Source: Phycisphaeraceae bacterium
GTDB taxonomy: Bacteria > Planctomycetota > Phycisphaerae > Phycisphaerales > UBA1924
Length of the DNA stretch: 64,000 nt
NCBI GenBank assembly: GCA_019636555.1
Contig: JAHBXH010000001.1
Span: 1,582,928-1,646,927, forward strand
Direction of reading: 5' to 3'
The notes beneath the pieces were generated by a model. It saw nothing but the letters and a program-made list of their open reading frames with translations. It made no database searches and was not told the origin of the DNA. Shown here piece by piece: positions 1 through 9,600 of this stretch (position 1 is the stretch's first letter; each line of letters opens with the position of its first letter). The position numbers and the translations under genes were made by a program.

Positions 1-2
1 GA

Positions 3-491
3 TCAACGCGCGCTCAGAAACCATCGCGTCGAGTCCCGCGTTTCGCGAAGCGTTCAAGAAACACCGCTGCCTCGTTCCCGCGAGCGGCTTCTATGGAATG
101 GCAGCACGTCGAGGGCTCGACGCGCAAGCAGCCTTGGTACATCCACGCGCGCCCGAAGACGGGATTCTGTTCTTCGCCGGCGTCTTCGATGAGTGGACGC
201 CGCCGGACGCGAGCGAGCCGCTCCGCACATTCTCCATTCTACAACCGGCCAAACGAGCTCATGCGTCCGTTGCACACGCGCATGCCCGTCGTGCTGACAA
301 AGCCGCAGCAGAGCCAGTGGCTCGATGCGGGTTCAAAACCCGACGATCTTGCTCCGCTCCTCGCGCCCAGCGACCCCTCGCTTCTCGAGGCCTATCGCGT
401 CGGCACCAAGGTCAACTCCGTGCGTTTCGACGATCCCGAATGCATCCGTCGCGATGAGCTGCCGGTCGAGCCGCCCTCGCTCTTCGGTTGA
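3..491 (+). pseudogene. SRAP-domain (YedK/HMCES-like abasic-site processing) protein, 5'-partial at window edge, with internal frame disruptions
   Basis: From nt 3 the frame reads [33 protein letters not shown]...RPNELMRPLHTRMPVVLTKPQQSQWLD, which are typical SRAP motifs. The conserved central block EDGILFFAGVFDEWTPPDASEPLRTFSIL is readable only in another frame (about nt 155-241). The open frame therefore hides compensating frame changes. Confidence 0.6.
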
Positions 492-893
492 TGGCGCAGC
501 CGAACGAAACAGACAGATCGGACTCATCCAGGAGCCTCGCGAGGGGTGAAGCCGCCCAGCTGAGGCTCTGTTGGCCGCAGGCCCCGAATATCCGCCTGCC
601 GCTGCACGTCCTTTCGGGAAGCCGACAGACATGGTCCGGGGTACCGGAAGCCTCGACGAGGCACGCAGGTGCCACGTGGAGATCGTCACGTAAGTCCGTT
701 CTGAGGCTTCGCTTACAGAGATATTGCCAAAAATCTTGGAAAACCAAACAAAACGCTATCAAACAGCAGCGATTTGTGTTAGTATATTGTCGGGTATACG
801 CCGAGGGGTGACGCCTTCTCGCGCCCGTCTCGCGTGCGGCGTTCGCCGCCTGATCCAATCGCTTCTGCATCTCTCTTCTCGAAAGGGTTCTCC

Positions 894-1922
894 ATGTCGC
901 GTCTTGCTTTGCGCTCGTTGTCTTCCCGATTCTCAGTCGCCGCTCCTCGTCGCATCCGAAACAAGAATGAGCTGAGTTTTTTCTTGCGGGCAGCGATCGG
1001 CGTGTGGCTCTTCGCGCGGCTGGCGGGTTGCGCAGTGCCCCCGGATCCCGGTGCGTTTGCCGATTCGACGCGAGCCCTCGCGACATCCGTGCGTGCGGTC
1101 GGCAATGAAACACGCGACCAACTCGCCCGGAGCGAATCGACGCGCGATCTTGCAAATGATTTCGCTGCACACTGGTCCGTGCGAGACCGCGCGATGACTG
1201 GCGCCGTCGGGTACAGCACGCAACTCGTTACGATCTTCGCACGCGCTCAATCCTCACAGCCCGCGGCACTCTCGCGCAGCCTCCAAACCTTCGCCCGTGC
1301 GGTCGGCGTTGGCGCGTCGGGCGAAGTTGGCGTGGGGGTTGGAGTGGGGGTGGGGGTGTTGGCGACCACGGCGGACACACTCGCATTCGTTGCCGCGCAG
1401 ATCGCCCTCGTCGAGGCATCCAAATCGCTCGAAGATGCGCTGACAACGGCGCAGCCTGTGATTGATCGCCTCGCGGCACTGATCGTTGCGGACACCGCCG
1501 ACCTGGAGCGGATCGTCCGTGCCGCCGCCGTGCTCGCCCGCGTTGAGCTGAATGCGCAATTCAACGCGCTGCTTTCCTTTTCGGAATCGATCGAGCAAAG
1601 GCGAGTCGAAATCCGGCGTGTTTCCTATGCGGAATTGACCGTTTCGCAAGCAGATGAACTCGTCCGCGCCGATGCGTTGGCCGCCGCGACCGCGGCGGAA
1701 CTCGCGCCGTATAGAGCTCGGCGCCAAACGATCGACACGCGCGAAGCCGATGCAATTGCCGCGATCGCGGAAACGCGCTCGGCGCTTATCGCCTGGGCCG
1801 AGTCGAATGCGTCTCTCGCGAAAGCGGTGCGCGAGAACCGCGAGCCCGATCTCGAAGCGCTGACGAGCGCCATCGCCGAACTGACGACTCTCATCGCCCG
1901 GTTGCGCGGGATTCAGAGATAG
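894..1922 (+). CDS. hypothetical Ala-rich lipoprotein (lipobox-like LAGC)
   Basis: Long ORF 834..1922. ATG at 894 gives MSRLALRS...WLFARLAGC. The body is helical and Ala/Arg/Glu-rich, with an internal GEVGVGVGVGVGV run near 1320-1365. No family recognised. Confidence 0.5.
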   Translation: MSRLALRSLSSRFSVAAPRRIRNKNELSFFLRAAIGVWLFARLAGCAVPPDPGAFADSTRALATSVRAVGNETRDQLARSESTRDLANDFAAHWSVRDRAMTGAVGYSTQLVTIFARAQSSQPAALSRSLQTFARAVGVGASGEVGVGVGVGVGVLATTADTLAFVAAQIALVEASKSLEDALTTAQPVIDRLAALIVADTADLERIVRAAAVLARVELNAQFNALLSFSESIEQRRVEIRRVSYAELTVSQADELVRADALAAATAAELAPYRARRQTIDTREADAIAAIAETRSALIAWAESNASLAKAVRENREPDLEALTSAIAELTTLIARLRGIQR

Positions 1923-1961
1923 CAGAAGTCCCTTCCAGTCACTTTCATTTGGAGATCGAAC

Positions 1962-2474
1962 ATGCCTTCAGAATTCGACACGCTCTCGACATTCTCAGAT
2001 TGGTCAACCAAACTCGCGGAGATTCTCGCCGCGGCCCGCGATGCGACCGACGACGATGCACGCATGTCCGCGGCACGCCGGCTCGAAGAGTTTGTGGCGC
2101 GGTCGACCCCGAATTCGCCGGAGATCGACAGTCTCGATCGAATGGCGGCGGATGGTGCGAACGCGCTCTGCCGGCGTGCATTCGAAGGCGCCGTCGATGG
2201 CCTCAGGTCGCGAACCGCGTCCGTCGCGGCGCGTGCGCAAGAACTCGATTCGATCGGGAAGTCTGCCGCGAAGGGACGGGTAGATCCCAAGTCCGTCGGC
2301 GCCGCACTCGACCGGGTGTCGGAACTTGTCGAAGAGGCCAAGTCGCTGGGGCGAGCCGCGGGAGCGAATCCGGGAGATTCCGAGGCTCTCCGGACGCATA
2401 TCGGGCGGTTGCTCGAGGCGCTTCTTGACCTCCGGATGACATTCGGCCCACTCCCCGGGCGGATCCGGAACTGA
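1962..2474 (+). CDS. hypothetical helical protein
   Basis: 170-aa ORF 40 nt after the preceding stop, same strand, with coding-like composition. No recognisable motif. Confidence 0.45.
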   Translation: MPSEFDTLSTFSDWSTKLAEILAAARDATDDDARMSAARRLEEFVARSTPNSPEIDSLDRMAADGANALCRRAFEGAVDGLRSRTASVAARAQELDSIGKSAAKGRVDPKSVGAALDRVSELVEEAKSLGRAAGANPGDSEALRTHIGRLLEALLDLRMTFGPLPGRIRN

Positions 2475-2480
2475 TCCCGC

Positions 2481-4232
2481 TTGCTTCCGGTACAGTTCTT
2501 TCGCAGGAACCGAGGGCGAACCGTGATCGATCAGGTGTTCTTTGCCATCCTCCTTCCGTTGCCGCTGATCGTCACGGCCGCGACGCTCATGTTCCTCATC
2601 CGGGCATGGAAGACGGAGACTGTGCGTCTGCGCCGATCGTTTCTCGCGACGGCGCTCTGGCTGGGTGTCTGTGCCGCGATCCTGTTCTTCTGCCGCGAGC
2701 GCGTTCGCGGCTGGCTTGGGGTCGAGTCCGGCGCCGTCGTCGTGTTCATGATTTCCAGCGCCGGCGCGATCGTCTCGCTCGGGATCGTCGTCGGGCTCTT
2801 CGCGACGATCGGCAGATCCATGCGGGGTCAGTTGCACTGCCCGCGCTGCTGGTACGACATGAGCGGAGCCGAACCACACGCGGAGGGCGGCGCCGTCTGC
2901 CCCGAATGCGGCACGGATTTCAGGTCGTTCGCCGATCTTGCTCGCCGAAAGAACTGGCCTTTATTCATTGCGGTCGCGGTGACCCTTCAACTCGCCGGCC
3001 AGTTCTGGTACCAGACTCTCCGCGCCGATCACGGAGGAATGCAGAGCTTCGTTCCGACGACCGTGCTGGTCGCGGGGATGTTTTCTCTCCCCGCGGATGC
3101 GGTCATTGGACCGCCGAGCCCGTTCGATGACAGCACGCTGTCGGGCCGGCTCGCGAACAGCAAGGCGGCCGATTGGCAGAAGTCCTGGGCGATTGCCAAG
3201 GCGCGGGCGGCCATCGAACGCGCCGACGAGCCCGAGTCGATCGCCCGCGCGTCCACAATTCTGAATCGGTGCGAATTCGACGGAGAGATTCCGCTCGCGG
3301 CGTGGAAATCATCCGTACGCCAGCTCTGCCGGTCCGCGTCGGGCACCACCGACGAGGCGTTCGTGTATCTCGCAGAGTGCTACTTCCGCGCGCGGGGAGG
3401 GGAGGACTCGGTCGGGCGCTTCATGTTTGCGAAGGATCCGGCTAAGTGCAAGAGCGAACTCGGGGACTTAGTTCCGGCCTTGCTCGGCTACCTCTCGCAC
3501 GCGACTGTTCGCAGCCGCGAGTGGTGGAGTGCGCTTCGTCTTCTTGCTCTGGCGGGCGACGCGGCTTCGCCGGTTGTGCCGCTGCTCGCGGACAGGATGC
3601 TGACGGAGGAATCGGATGCGGGGCGGGCCTTCTCCGCCGCCGCCCTCGCCATGCTTTCTCAGGGATTCCCCGATGCATCAGAAGCCGCGATCCGATCGTT
3701 CGTTTTTCTGGCGCCGTTTGAGCAGCCGCGGGTTTTGACCGCGATCACGCGGTATGTCCGACTCGCGCCGGATCAGGAAGAATCGTTTCGCGTGCTCGCC
3801 ACGTGCGGGGAACCTTTTCTTGAAGTCTCGGGATCGGTCGCTCTTCTCGGAGATTCACAGACTCGGTGCGAGGGAGCCGACCTGCTGATCGCGGCACTCG
3901 AGCGACAAACCGAGATCGGTTCTCCCGATTTGCTGCCGATCTACTGGTGCGTCGCCCGGGACCCACAGGACGGCGCTTCGTCTGAACTTATCGCCTATCT
4001 CGAGAGGCTCGCGCTGTATTCCAATTCCTCCGCTCGCATCGGCGCGATGTCGCTCCTGGCGAATATTGCCCGAGATCAGGAGACGCGGACGATTGAAATC
4101 GGCCTGTTCCTCGATTTCGTCGGCACCGATCGCAACGCCGCGGTCGCTGAGCGAGCCCGCGCGTTCGCGGTCGAAGTCCGTTCCTCTGCAAACTCGACCA
4201 ATTCTCCTCGGAAAGTTGCGGTGATTCCGTGA
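2481..4232 (+). CDS. hypothetical membrane protein with zinc-ribbon and HEAT/ARM-like repeats
   Basis: N-terminal hydrophobic helices, then CPRCWYDMSG...CPECG (paired CxxC), another helix, then a long Leu/Ala-rich repeat region. TTG start 7 nt after the upstream stop. Confidence 0.5.
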   Translation: MLPVQFFRRNRGRTVIDQVFFAILLPLPLIVTAATLMFLIRAWKTETVRLRRSFLATALWLGVCAAILFFCRERVRGWLGVESGAVVVFMISSAGAIVSLGIVVGLFATIGRSMRGQLHCPRCWYDMSGAEPHAEGGAVCPECGTDFRSFADLARRKNWPLFIAVAVTLQLAGQFWYQTLRADHGGMQSFVPTTVLVAGMFSLPADAVIGPPSPFDDSTLSGRLANSKAADWQKSWAIAKARAAIERADEPESIARASTILNRCEFDGEIPLAAWKSSVRQLCRSASGTTDEAFVYLAECYFRARGGEDSVGRFMFAKDPAKCKSELGDLVPALLGYLSHATVRSREWWSALRLLALAGDAASPVVPLLADRMLTEESDAGRAFSAAALAMLSQGFPDASEAAIRSFVFLAPFEQPRVLTAITRYVRLAPDQEESFRVLATCGEPFLEVSGSVALLGDSQTRCEGADLLIAALERQTEIGSPDLLPIYWCVARDPQDGASSELIAYLERLALYSNSSARIGAMSLLANIARDQETRTIEIGLFLDFVGTDRNAAVAERARAFAVEVRSSANSTNSPRKVAVIP

Positions 4233-4272
4233 CACAAGCGCCCATCAGCGCTCCACGCATAGCCTGTGCCCC

Positions 4273-5400
4273 GTGAATTCCTCTCCGCGAACTCAACTCC
4301 AACATGCGCGACGAATCGTCATCAAGGTCGGTAGCGCGGTGCTCGCGCCCGATGGCGAGTTGTCCGCGAGTTCGGTTCGCCGCCTCTGCGCCCAGATCGC
4401 CTCGCTCGCGTCGACCGGAAAACAGGTCATCGTCGTGTCGTCGGGCGCCGTCGCCTCGGGGTTTCGCGCGCTCAAGCTCTCTTCGCCTCCCCGCACGATC
4501 CGCCTGAAACAAGCCGCCGCGGCGGTCGGCCAGCAACGGCTGATGGCGAAGTACGCGAGCACGCTCGGCAAATCGGGAATGACCATCGCCCAGGTGCTGC
4601 TCACCGCGGAAGACTTCGAGCAGCGGGCACGATTTCTGAACGCGCGCCACACGCTGGAAGCGCTTCTCGAGCGCAGTGTCGTACCGATCATCAACGAAAA
4701 CGACAGCGTTTCGTTCGACGAAATCAAGCTCGGTGATAACGATCGTCTCTCCGCACTGACCGCCGTCATGCTGCGCGCCGATCTGCTCATCATGCTGAGC
4801 AGCGCACCGGGCGTCGTCTCGGGCGGGACACGGAAGATCATCTCGTGCTTCGATCGCGTGGATGATGCGCGCAAGCACGTGCGCAGCGACAAGTCCTCCG
4901 TCGGCATCGGCGGCATGAGCACCAAGCTCGACGCCGCGGCGATCGTCACGCGCGTTGGAATCGCCGCTATCATCGCGCCGGGCAATCTCGCCAACGCGGT
5001 ACCCAAGATCCTCGCCGGTGCCGAGATCGGAACCTTCTTCCGCCCCCAGCGCGCAAGGGTTGATGGGCGAAGGAGATGGATCGGGCTCGCCGCGAAATCC
5101 AAGGGCGTTGTCGAAGTGGATGCCGGCGCGGCGCGTGCCCTTGCTTCTCGCGGCGCGAGCCTCTTGCCATCAGGAATCACGGGAATCCGCGGCAATTTCG
5201 CACGCGGAGATGTGGTCGAGGTGCGTGATCCAACCGGCTCGTCACTCGCGCGCGGCACGGTCGCGTATTCATCGGATGAGATCGAACGGATCAGGGGAAA
5301 AAGGGCTTCTGAGATTGTTCGCGTGCTGGGGTACGCTCAGTGCGACGAGGTCATTCATCGCGACGATCTTGTTCTATTCGAGAAGGACGGTGAACTGTGA
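4273..5400 (+). CDS. proB: glutamate 5-kinase
   Basis: RIVIKVGSAVL, VVSSGAVASG and IINENDSV amino-acid-kinase motifs plus a C-terminal PUA-like segment (GVVEVDAGAARAL...GDVVEV). GTGA overlap with proA. Confidence 0.95.
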   Translation: MNSSPRTQLQHARRIVIKVGSAVLAPDGELSASSVRRLCAQIASLASTGKQVIVVSSGAVASGFRALKLSSPPRTIRLKQAAAAVGQQRLMAKYASTLGKSGMTIAQVLLTAEDFEQRARFLNARHTLEALLERSVVPIINENDSVSFDEIKLGDNDRLSALTAVMLRADLLIMLSSAPGVVSGGTRKIISCFDRVDDARKHVRSDKSSVGIGGMSTKLDAAAIVTRVGIAAIIAPGNLANAVPKILAGAEIGTFFRPQRARVDGRRRWIGLAAKSKGVVEVDAGAARALASRGASLLPSGITGIRGNFARGDVVEVRDPTGSSLARGTVAYSSDEIERIRGKRASEIVRVLGYAQCDEVIHRDDLVLFEKDGEL

Positions 5401-6638
5401 ATCTCGTTGCCGCGGCACGGAGCGCTCAGATTGCTTCGCGGCGGCTCAGGACGCTGAGCACTTCCGAGAAGAATCGCGTGCTCGAAGACATCGCGGGTGC
5501 GCTGCGTGCCGGGAGCTCGGAAATCCTGAACGCGAACGCCGAGGATGTTCGCGCCGCTACGGCATCGGGCCTTGCGCCCGCAAAGCTCAAGCGCCTCGAG
5601 TTGACGGCGAAATCGATCGAACAGCTCGCGGCTGGAGTTCTGCAGGTCGCGGCGCTGCCCGATCCGGTCGGAGCAGAGACCGATGCAGGCACTCGGCCTT
5701 CGGGACTCCGGGTGCGGCGCGTGCGCGTGCCGCTGGGTGTGGTGTGCATGATCTACGAAGCCCGGCCAGGCGTCACGGTCGATGCATTTGCGCTGTGTTT
5801 CAAAGCAGGAAACGCGTGCATCCTGAAAGGCGGTCGTGAGGCGGCGCGATCGAATGCGGCGCTGGCTTCGATCGTTCACGAAGTGCTCGAGCGGCGCGGC
5901 ATTCCGAGAGAAGCGCTCACGAGCGTTGATGCCGCGTCGCGCGAGGAATTGCGAGAACTCCTGCAACTCGATCGGTTCATTGATCTTGTTCTTCCGCGTG
6001 GCGGCGAAGAACTCATCCGCTTCGTCTCGGAAAACTCACGCATCCCCACGATTCAGCATTACAAGGGAGTCTGCCACATCTTTGTGGATGAGTCGGCGGA
6101 TCAGTCCCGCGCGATCGAGGTGTGCGTCGCGGCGAAGACTTCGGCGCCCGCGACGTGCAACGCGGCGGAGTGCGTACTCGTGCACCGGAAGATCGCCGGT
6201 GAATTCCTTCCGAAACTCGCGCGGGCATTCGTCGATGCCGGCGTCGAAGTGCGCGCCGATGCCGGAGCTTTCGCGCTGATGCCGGGCGCCGTCGCGGCGG
6301 CTCCCGACGACTTCGGGAAAGAGTTTCTCGATACGATCGTCGCGGTCGCGGTCGTAGAGAGTGTGCAAGGAGCGATCGATCACATCGCGCGATTCGGCTC
6401 GCATCACACAGAGGCCATTTTGACTTCGTCCGCCGAGTCGGCGCGTGCATTCCGCGAAGGCGTCGATGCGTCTTGCGTCGTCGTGAACGCCTCGACGCGA
6501 TTCAACGACGGGTTCCAACTCGGGCTCGGCGCGGAGATCGGCATCAGCACGAGCAAGCTTCACGCGTACGGCCCGATGGGGCTTGAAGAACTCACGACCC
6601 GGAGGTTCGAAATCGACGGAGACTTTCAGACGCGCTGA
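5397..6638 (+). CDS. proA: gamma-glutamyl phosphate reductase
   Basis: Aldehyde-dehydrogenase-type sequence (CNAAECVLVH, GAEIGISTSKLHAYGPMGLEELT). Translationally coupled to proB. Confidence 0.95.
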   Translation: MNLVAAARSAQIASRRLRTLSTSEKNRVLEDIAGALRAGSSEILNANAEDVRAATASGLAPAKLKRLELTAKSIEQLAAGVLQVAALPDPVGAETDAGTRPSGLRVRRVRVPLGVVCMIYEARPGVTVDAFALCFKAGNACILKGGREAARSNAALASIVHEVLERRGIPREALTSVDAASREELRELLQLDRFIDLVLPRGGEELIRFVSENSRIPTIQHYKGVCHIFVDESADQSRAIEVCVAAKTSAPATCNAAECVLVHRKIAGEFLPKLARAFVDAGVEVRADAGAFALMPGAVAAAPDDFGKEFLDTIVAVAVVESVQGAIDHIARFGSHHTEAILTSSAESARAFREGVDASCVVVNASTRFNDGFQLGLGAEIGISTSKLHAYGPMGLEELTTRRFEIDGDFQTR

Positions 6639-9600
6639 GGCGCCTGTTCGAGGGGCGTCAGCAGCCGGGTCAGCGCCTGGTTGTCGGGAGGCGCGTACGG
6701 CCTGAACTTCTCGAACGTACCCGTTTCTTCGCTGTAGAGGAGCGCGCGGTTCTGGCCGAGCGCCTGCGCGTGGGGCGAATCGATCAGCGAACTCGAGTCG
6801 GCGCCGCTCATCTGGAAGAGGACGCGCAGGTCGAACTCTTTCACGCCGCGACGGTCGATCGCGCGCTCGAGATTCGCCACGTTGTCGCACCACGCGATGG
6901 TGTGAATCCCGATCGTCGGCCCTTCGCGCAGGATCGACATGAACTGCTTGTCGGGCTTGGTGACGGCTTCCTCGGCGGAACCGGAAAACCCGTAGTCGTC
7001 TTCGGCTTTGCGCAACGACCGGAAGCGATGAACACCGTGCACTACGAGGAATATCGGCTCGAACTCCGCGTGCTCGATGGCGCGGCGGCGTTCGAGTTCG
7101 CCGTAAACGGTTGCGATCGCCTCGTCGGCTCCGCGTGCCGCGGCGTGGCGCGTGGCCGGCGAAAGACGCGTCGCGGTCTCGAGCAGAGGCGTTGCGCCGT
7201 CCCATTCGGGGCTCGGGCCTTCGATGATGGTGATGCGGGGTGCGGCTCCCTCGCGTGGAGGCTGAGGCAGACGTGCCGCCAGCGCGATGGTTGCACCGGC
7301 GAGCAGGCCGAATGCGGCTCGCTCGCTCTGGCCGACGATGAGCAGGTTGGCGCCGCTCTGAGGCCGGAACGTCACGGAAGTCGGATCCTTGATCGAAACC
7401 GCATCGCCCAGCCAGACTTTGGGCGCCACGCGCGCGGAGCGTCCTTCGCCTGAGAGCAGCGCGAGGAGCGGGGCGTTGCGCTCCATGTTCGAGGGGAGAT
7501 TGCCTTCAAAGACCAGCGCGGGCGGCGGTTTACGGCGCAGCGTGGAGACCTTTTCGCGCACCTGGCGGAGCTTCTCATCGCGTGCGTCGTCGGGCAGCCA
7601 GACAACCTGGAAGGGGCTGTTGCCTTCGAGCAATCCGCTCGCGTCGTTGTAGATCGCTTCGCCGGGACGCGTCAAAAGGCGTGCCGCCGGGTTGTCTTCG
7701 CTCAGGATCAGGTAGGAATCGGATTCGCTGCACTGAAGCGCGATGCGCACGGCCATTTGGCCGATCGTGCTTCGCGCCAGGCTGTAGGCGCCGCCGATGG
7801 TCTGGCTCCCGAGCACCACGTGCATTCCGAACGCGCGGCCCTGACGCACGAGTCGATCGAGCAGCAGCATCGCCTCCTGCGCCATCTTGTCGTCTTCAAC
7901 GAAGAATTCCTGGAATTCATCGACGATGAGCAGGACGCGCGGCATCGGATCGCGATCGGCATCGTCTTTCGTTGCCTGGCGATAGCCGGCGAGATCCTGC
8001 ACGCCGAGATCGCGCATGATCGTGCCGCGCTTAGTCAATTCCGCGTCGAGCCGCCTCAATACGCTGATGCCGAATTCGCGCTCGCTCTCGACGGCGATGA
8101 CCCGGGCGTGGGGGAGTTGATTGGTCGCGTAGGTCTTGAATTCGACGCCCTTTTTGAAGTCCACGAGATAGAGCTCGATTTCCTCGGGGCTGTACCACAT
8201 CGCGAGGCTCGTGATGATCGCGTGGAGCAGCGTCGATTTGCCCGAACCGGTGCGGCCCGCGATGAGGCCGTGCTGCGCGGTTCCCTTGCCGAGCACGAGG
8301 CTCTGAATTTTGGTTGCGCCGGCGCGTCCGATCGGCGCATCGAGTTCCTTCGCCGAGCTGCGCGTCCAGAGTTCGGCGGGCTTGGGCGCGACGGTGTCGA
8401 ACGGAACCTGCACGCGTCCGGAGTCTTTGGCGAGCGAGCCGAGGTGCTTGATGAGCACGTTGAAGACGTCGTCCGGCGGCGCTTGTTCCGGCTGGATGTT
8501 CCAGCGCGCGTAGTCATCGTCCTTGACCACGAACCGGTCGCTCTTCCAGGTGAGCGTGATCGCGCCGCGTTCGATATCCGCCATGGGCAGCCACGCCGGC
8601 GGCCGGGCGCGCGAGTCGGCCATGATGAGGGTGAAGACGCCGCAGCGCGGCCCGCTCGCGACGATCGCGGCGAGGCGCTTTGCCGCGGCCTCGCTGAAAT
8701 TGGCGGGCAGATCGGCGATGACGAGAAAGCGGAACGGCTCGGCGATCTCGCCGGCCTGAACGTTGTATTCCTGGATGCTGCCGAACTGGTTGCGCAGGTA
8801 TTTCTGGATCACCTGCTCCATGTGCTCGGTCAAGTCGGTGAGTTTCTGTTCGAGGTGGCGGGGCTCGGTCCAGATCCGGTCGCCCACGATCAGCGGCTCA
8901 AAGTCCGCGAGCTGCATGAAGCCGGCGAAACTCTGTCCGAGTCCGACGGGATCGAACATCGTGAAACGGACTTTGCCCGGGGGCAATTGGCTGAGCAGGC
9001 GCAGCATCGTTGCCTGGATTGTGCTCAGCGCTCGGGTGCGCGATTCGGGTGTGGTGTGCATCACCAGCGACCCAACGCCCTGCAGGTCGAGGTTCAGCGG
9101 CAGGCGCAAAGCGGTTTCGCCCGTGAGCTTGAGACCCTCGGAAGTCGGCAGGCCTCCGGGCATCTCGGCCAGGTTGACATCGATCCACCCGATCCGGATG
9201 AGGTCGTTGCTGCTCTCGCGCGCGGGGCGCTCGAGCAGTTGCGTCCAGTCCGGCTGGTCGGTCGCGCTCGAAGAACCGATGTCGCGTGCCTCCGCGAGCA
9301 GCCGGTTGCCTTCTTCCAGCCAGCGCGATTGGAGATCGGCTTCGCGTTTGGCGGCGACTTCCTTCGCCTCGGCGATCACCTGGTCGCGCCTGGCGGCGCT
9401 CGCGGCGACTTGTTCGTCCCTGCTTGCTTCGCGACGCTTTCGCTTGGCCTGATAGTCCTGCTCGGCGCGATCGAGTTTTCCGGTCCGGCGCTCCTCGGCT
9501 TTTCGAACGCGATAGTCGAGCTCGGTCCGCAGCTTGGGCTCCTTGACGGTGCGCCGCTGCTCGTACAGCTCGCGCGCTTCGAGCAGCCGTGTTTCCGCGG

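Noticed and set aside
720-800. AT-rich patch with TGtTAGTAT (extended -10-like) upstream of the lipoprotein gene
   Set aside because: No convincing -35 at proper spacing, so the promoter cannot be supported from sequence alone.
1320-1365. G-rich run (ggcgtgggggttggagtgggggtgggggtg) as a G-quadruplex or regulatory element
   Set aside because: It lies inside a plausible ORF and simply encodes a (GV)n low-complexity linker. No independent evidence of a regulatory role.
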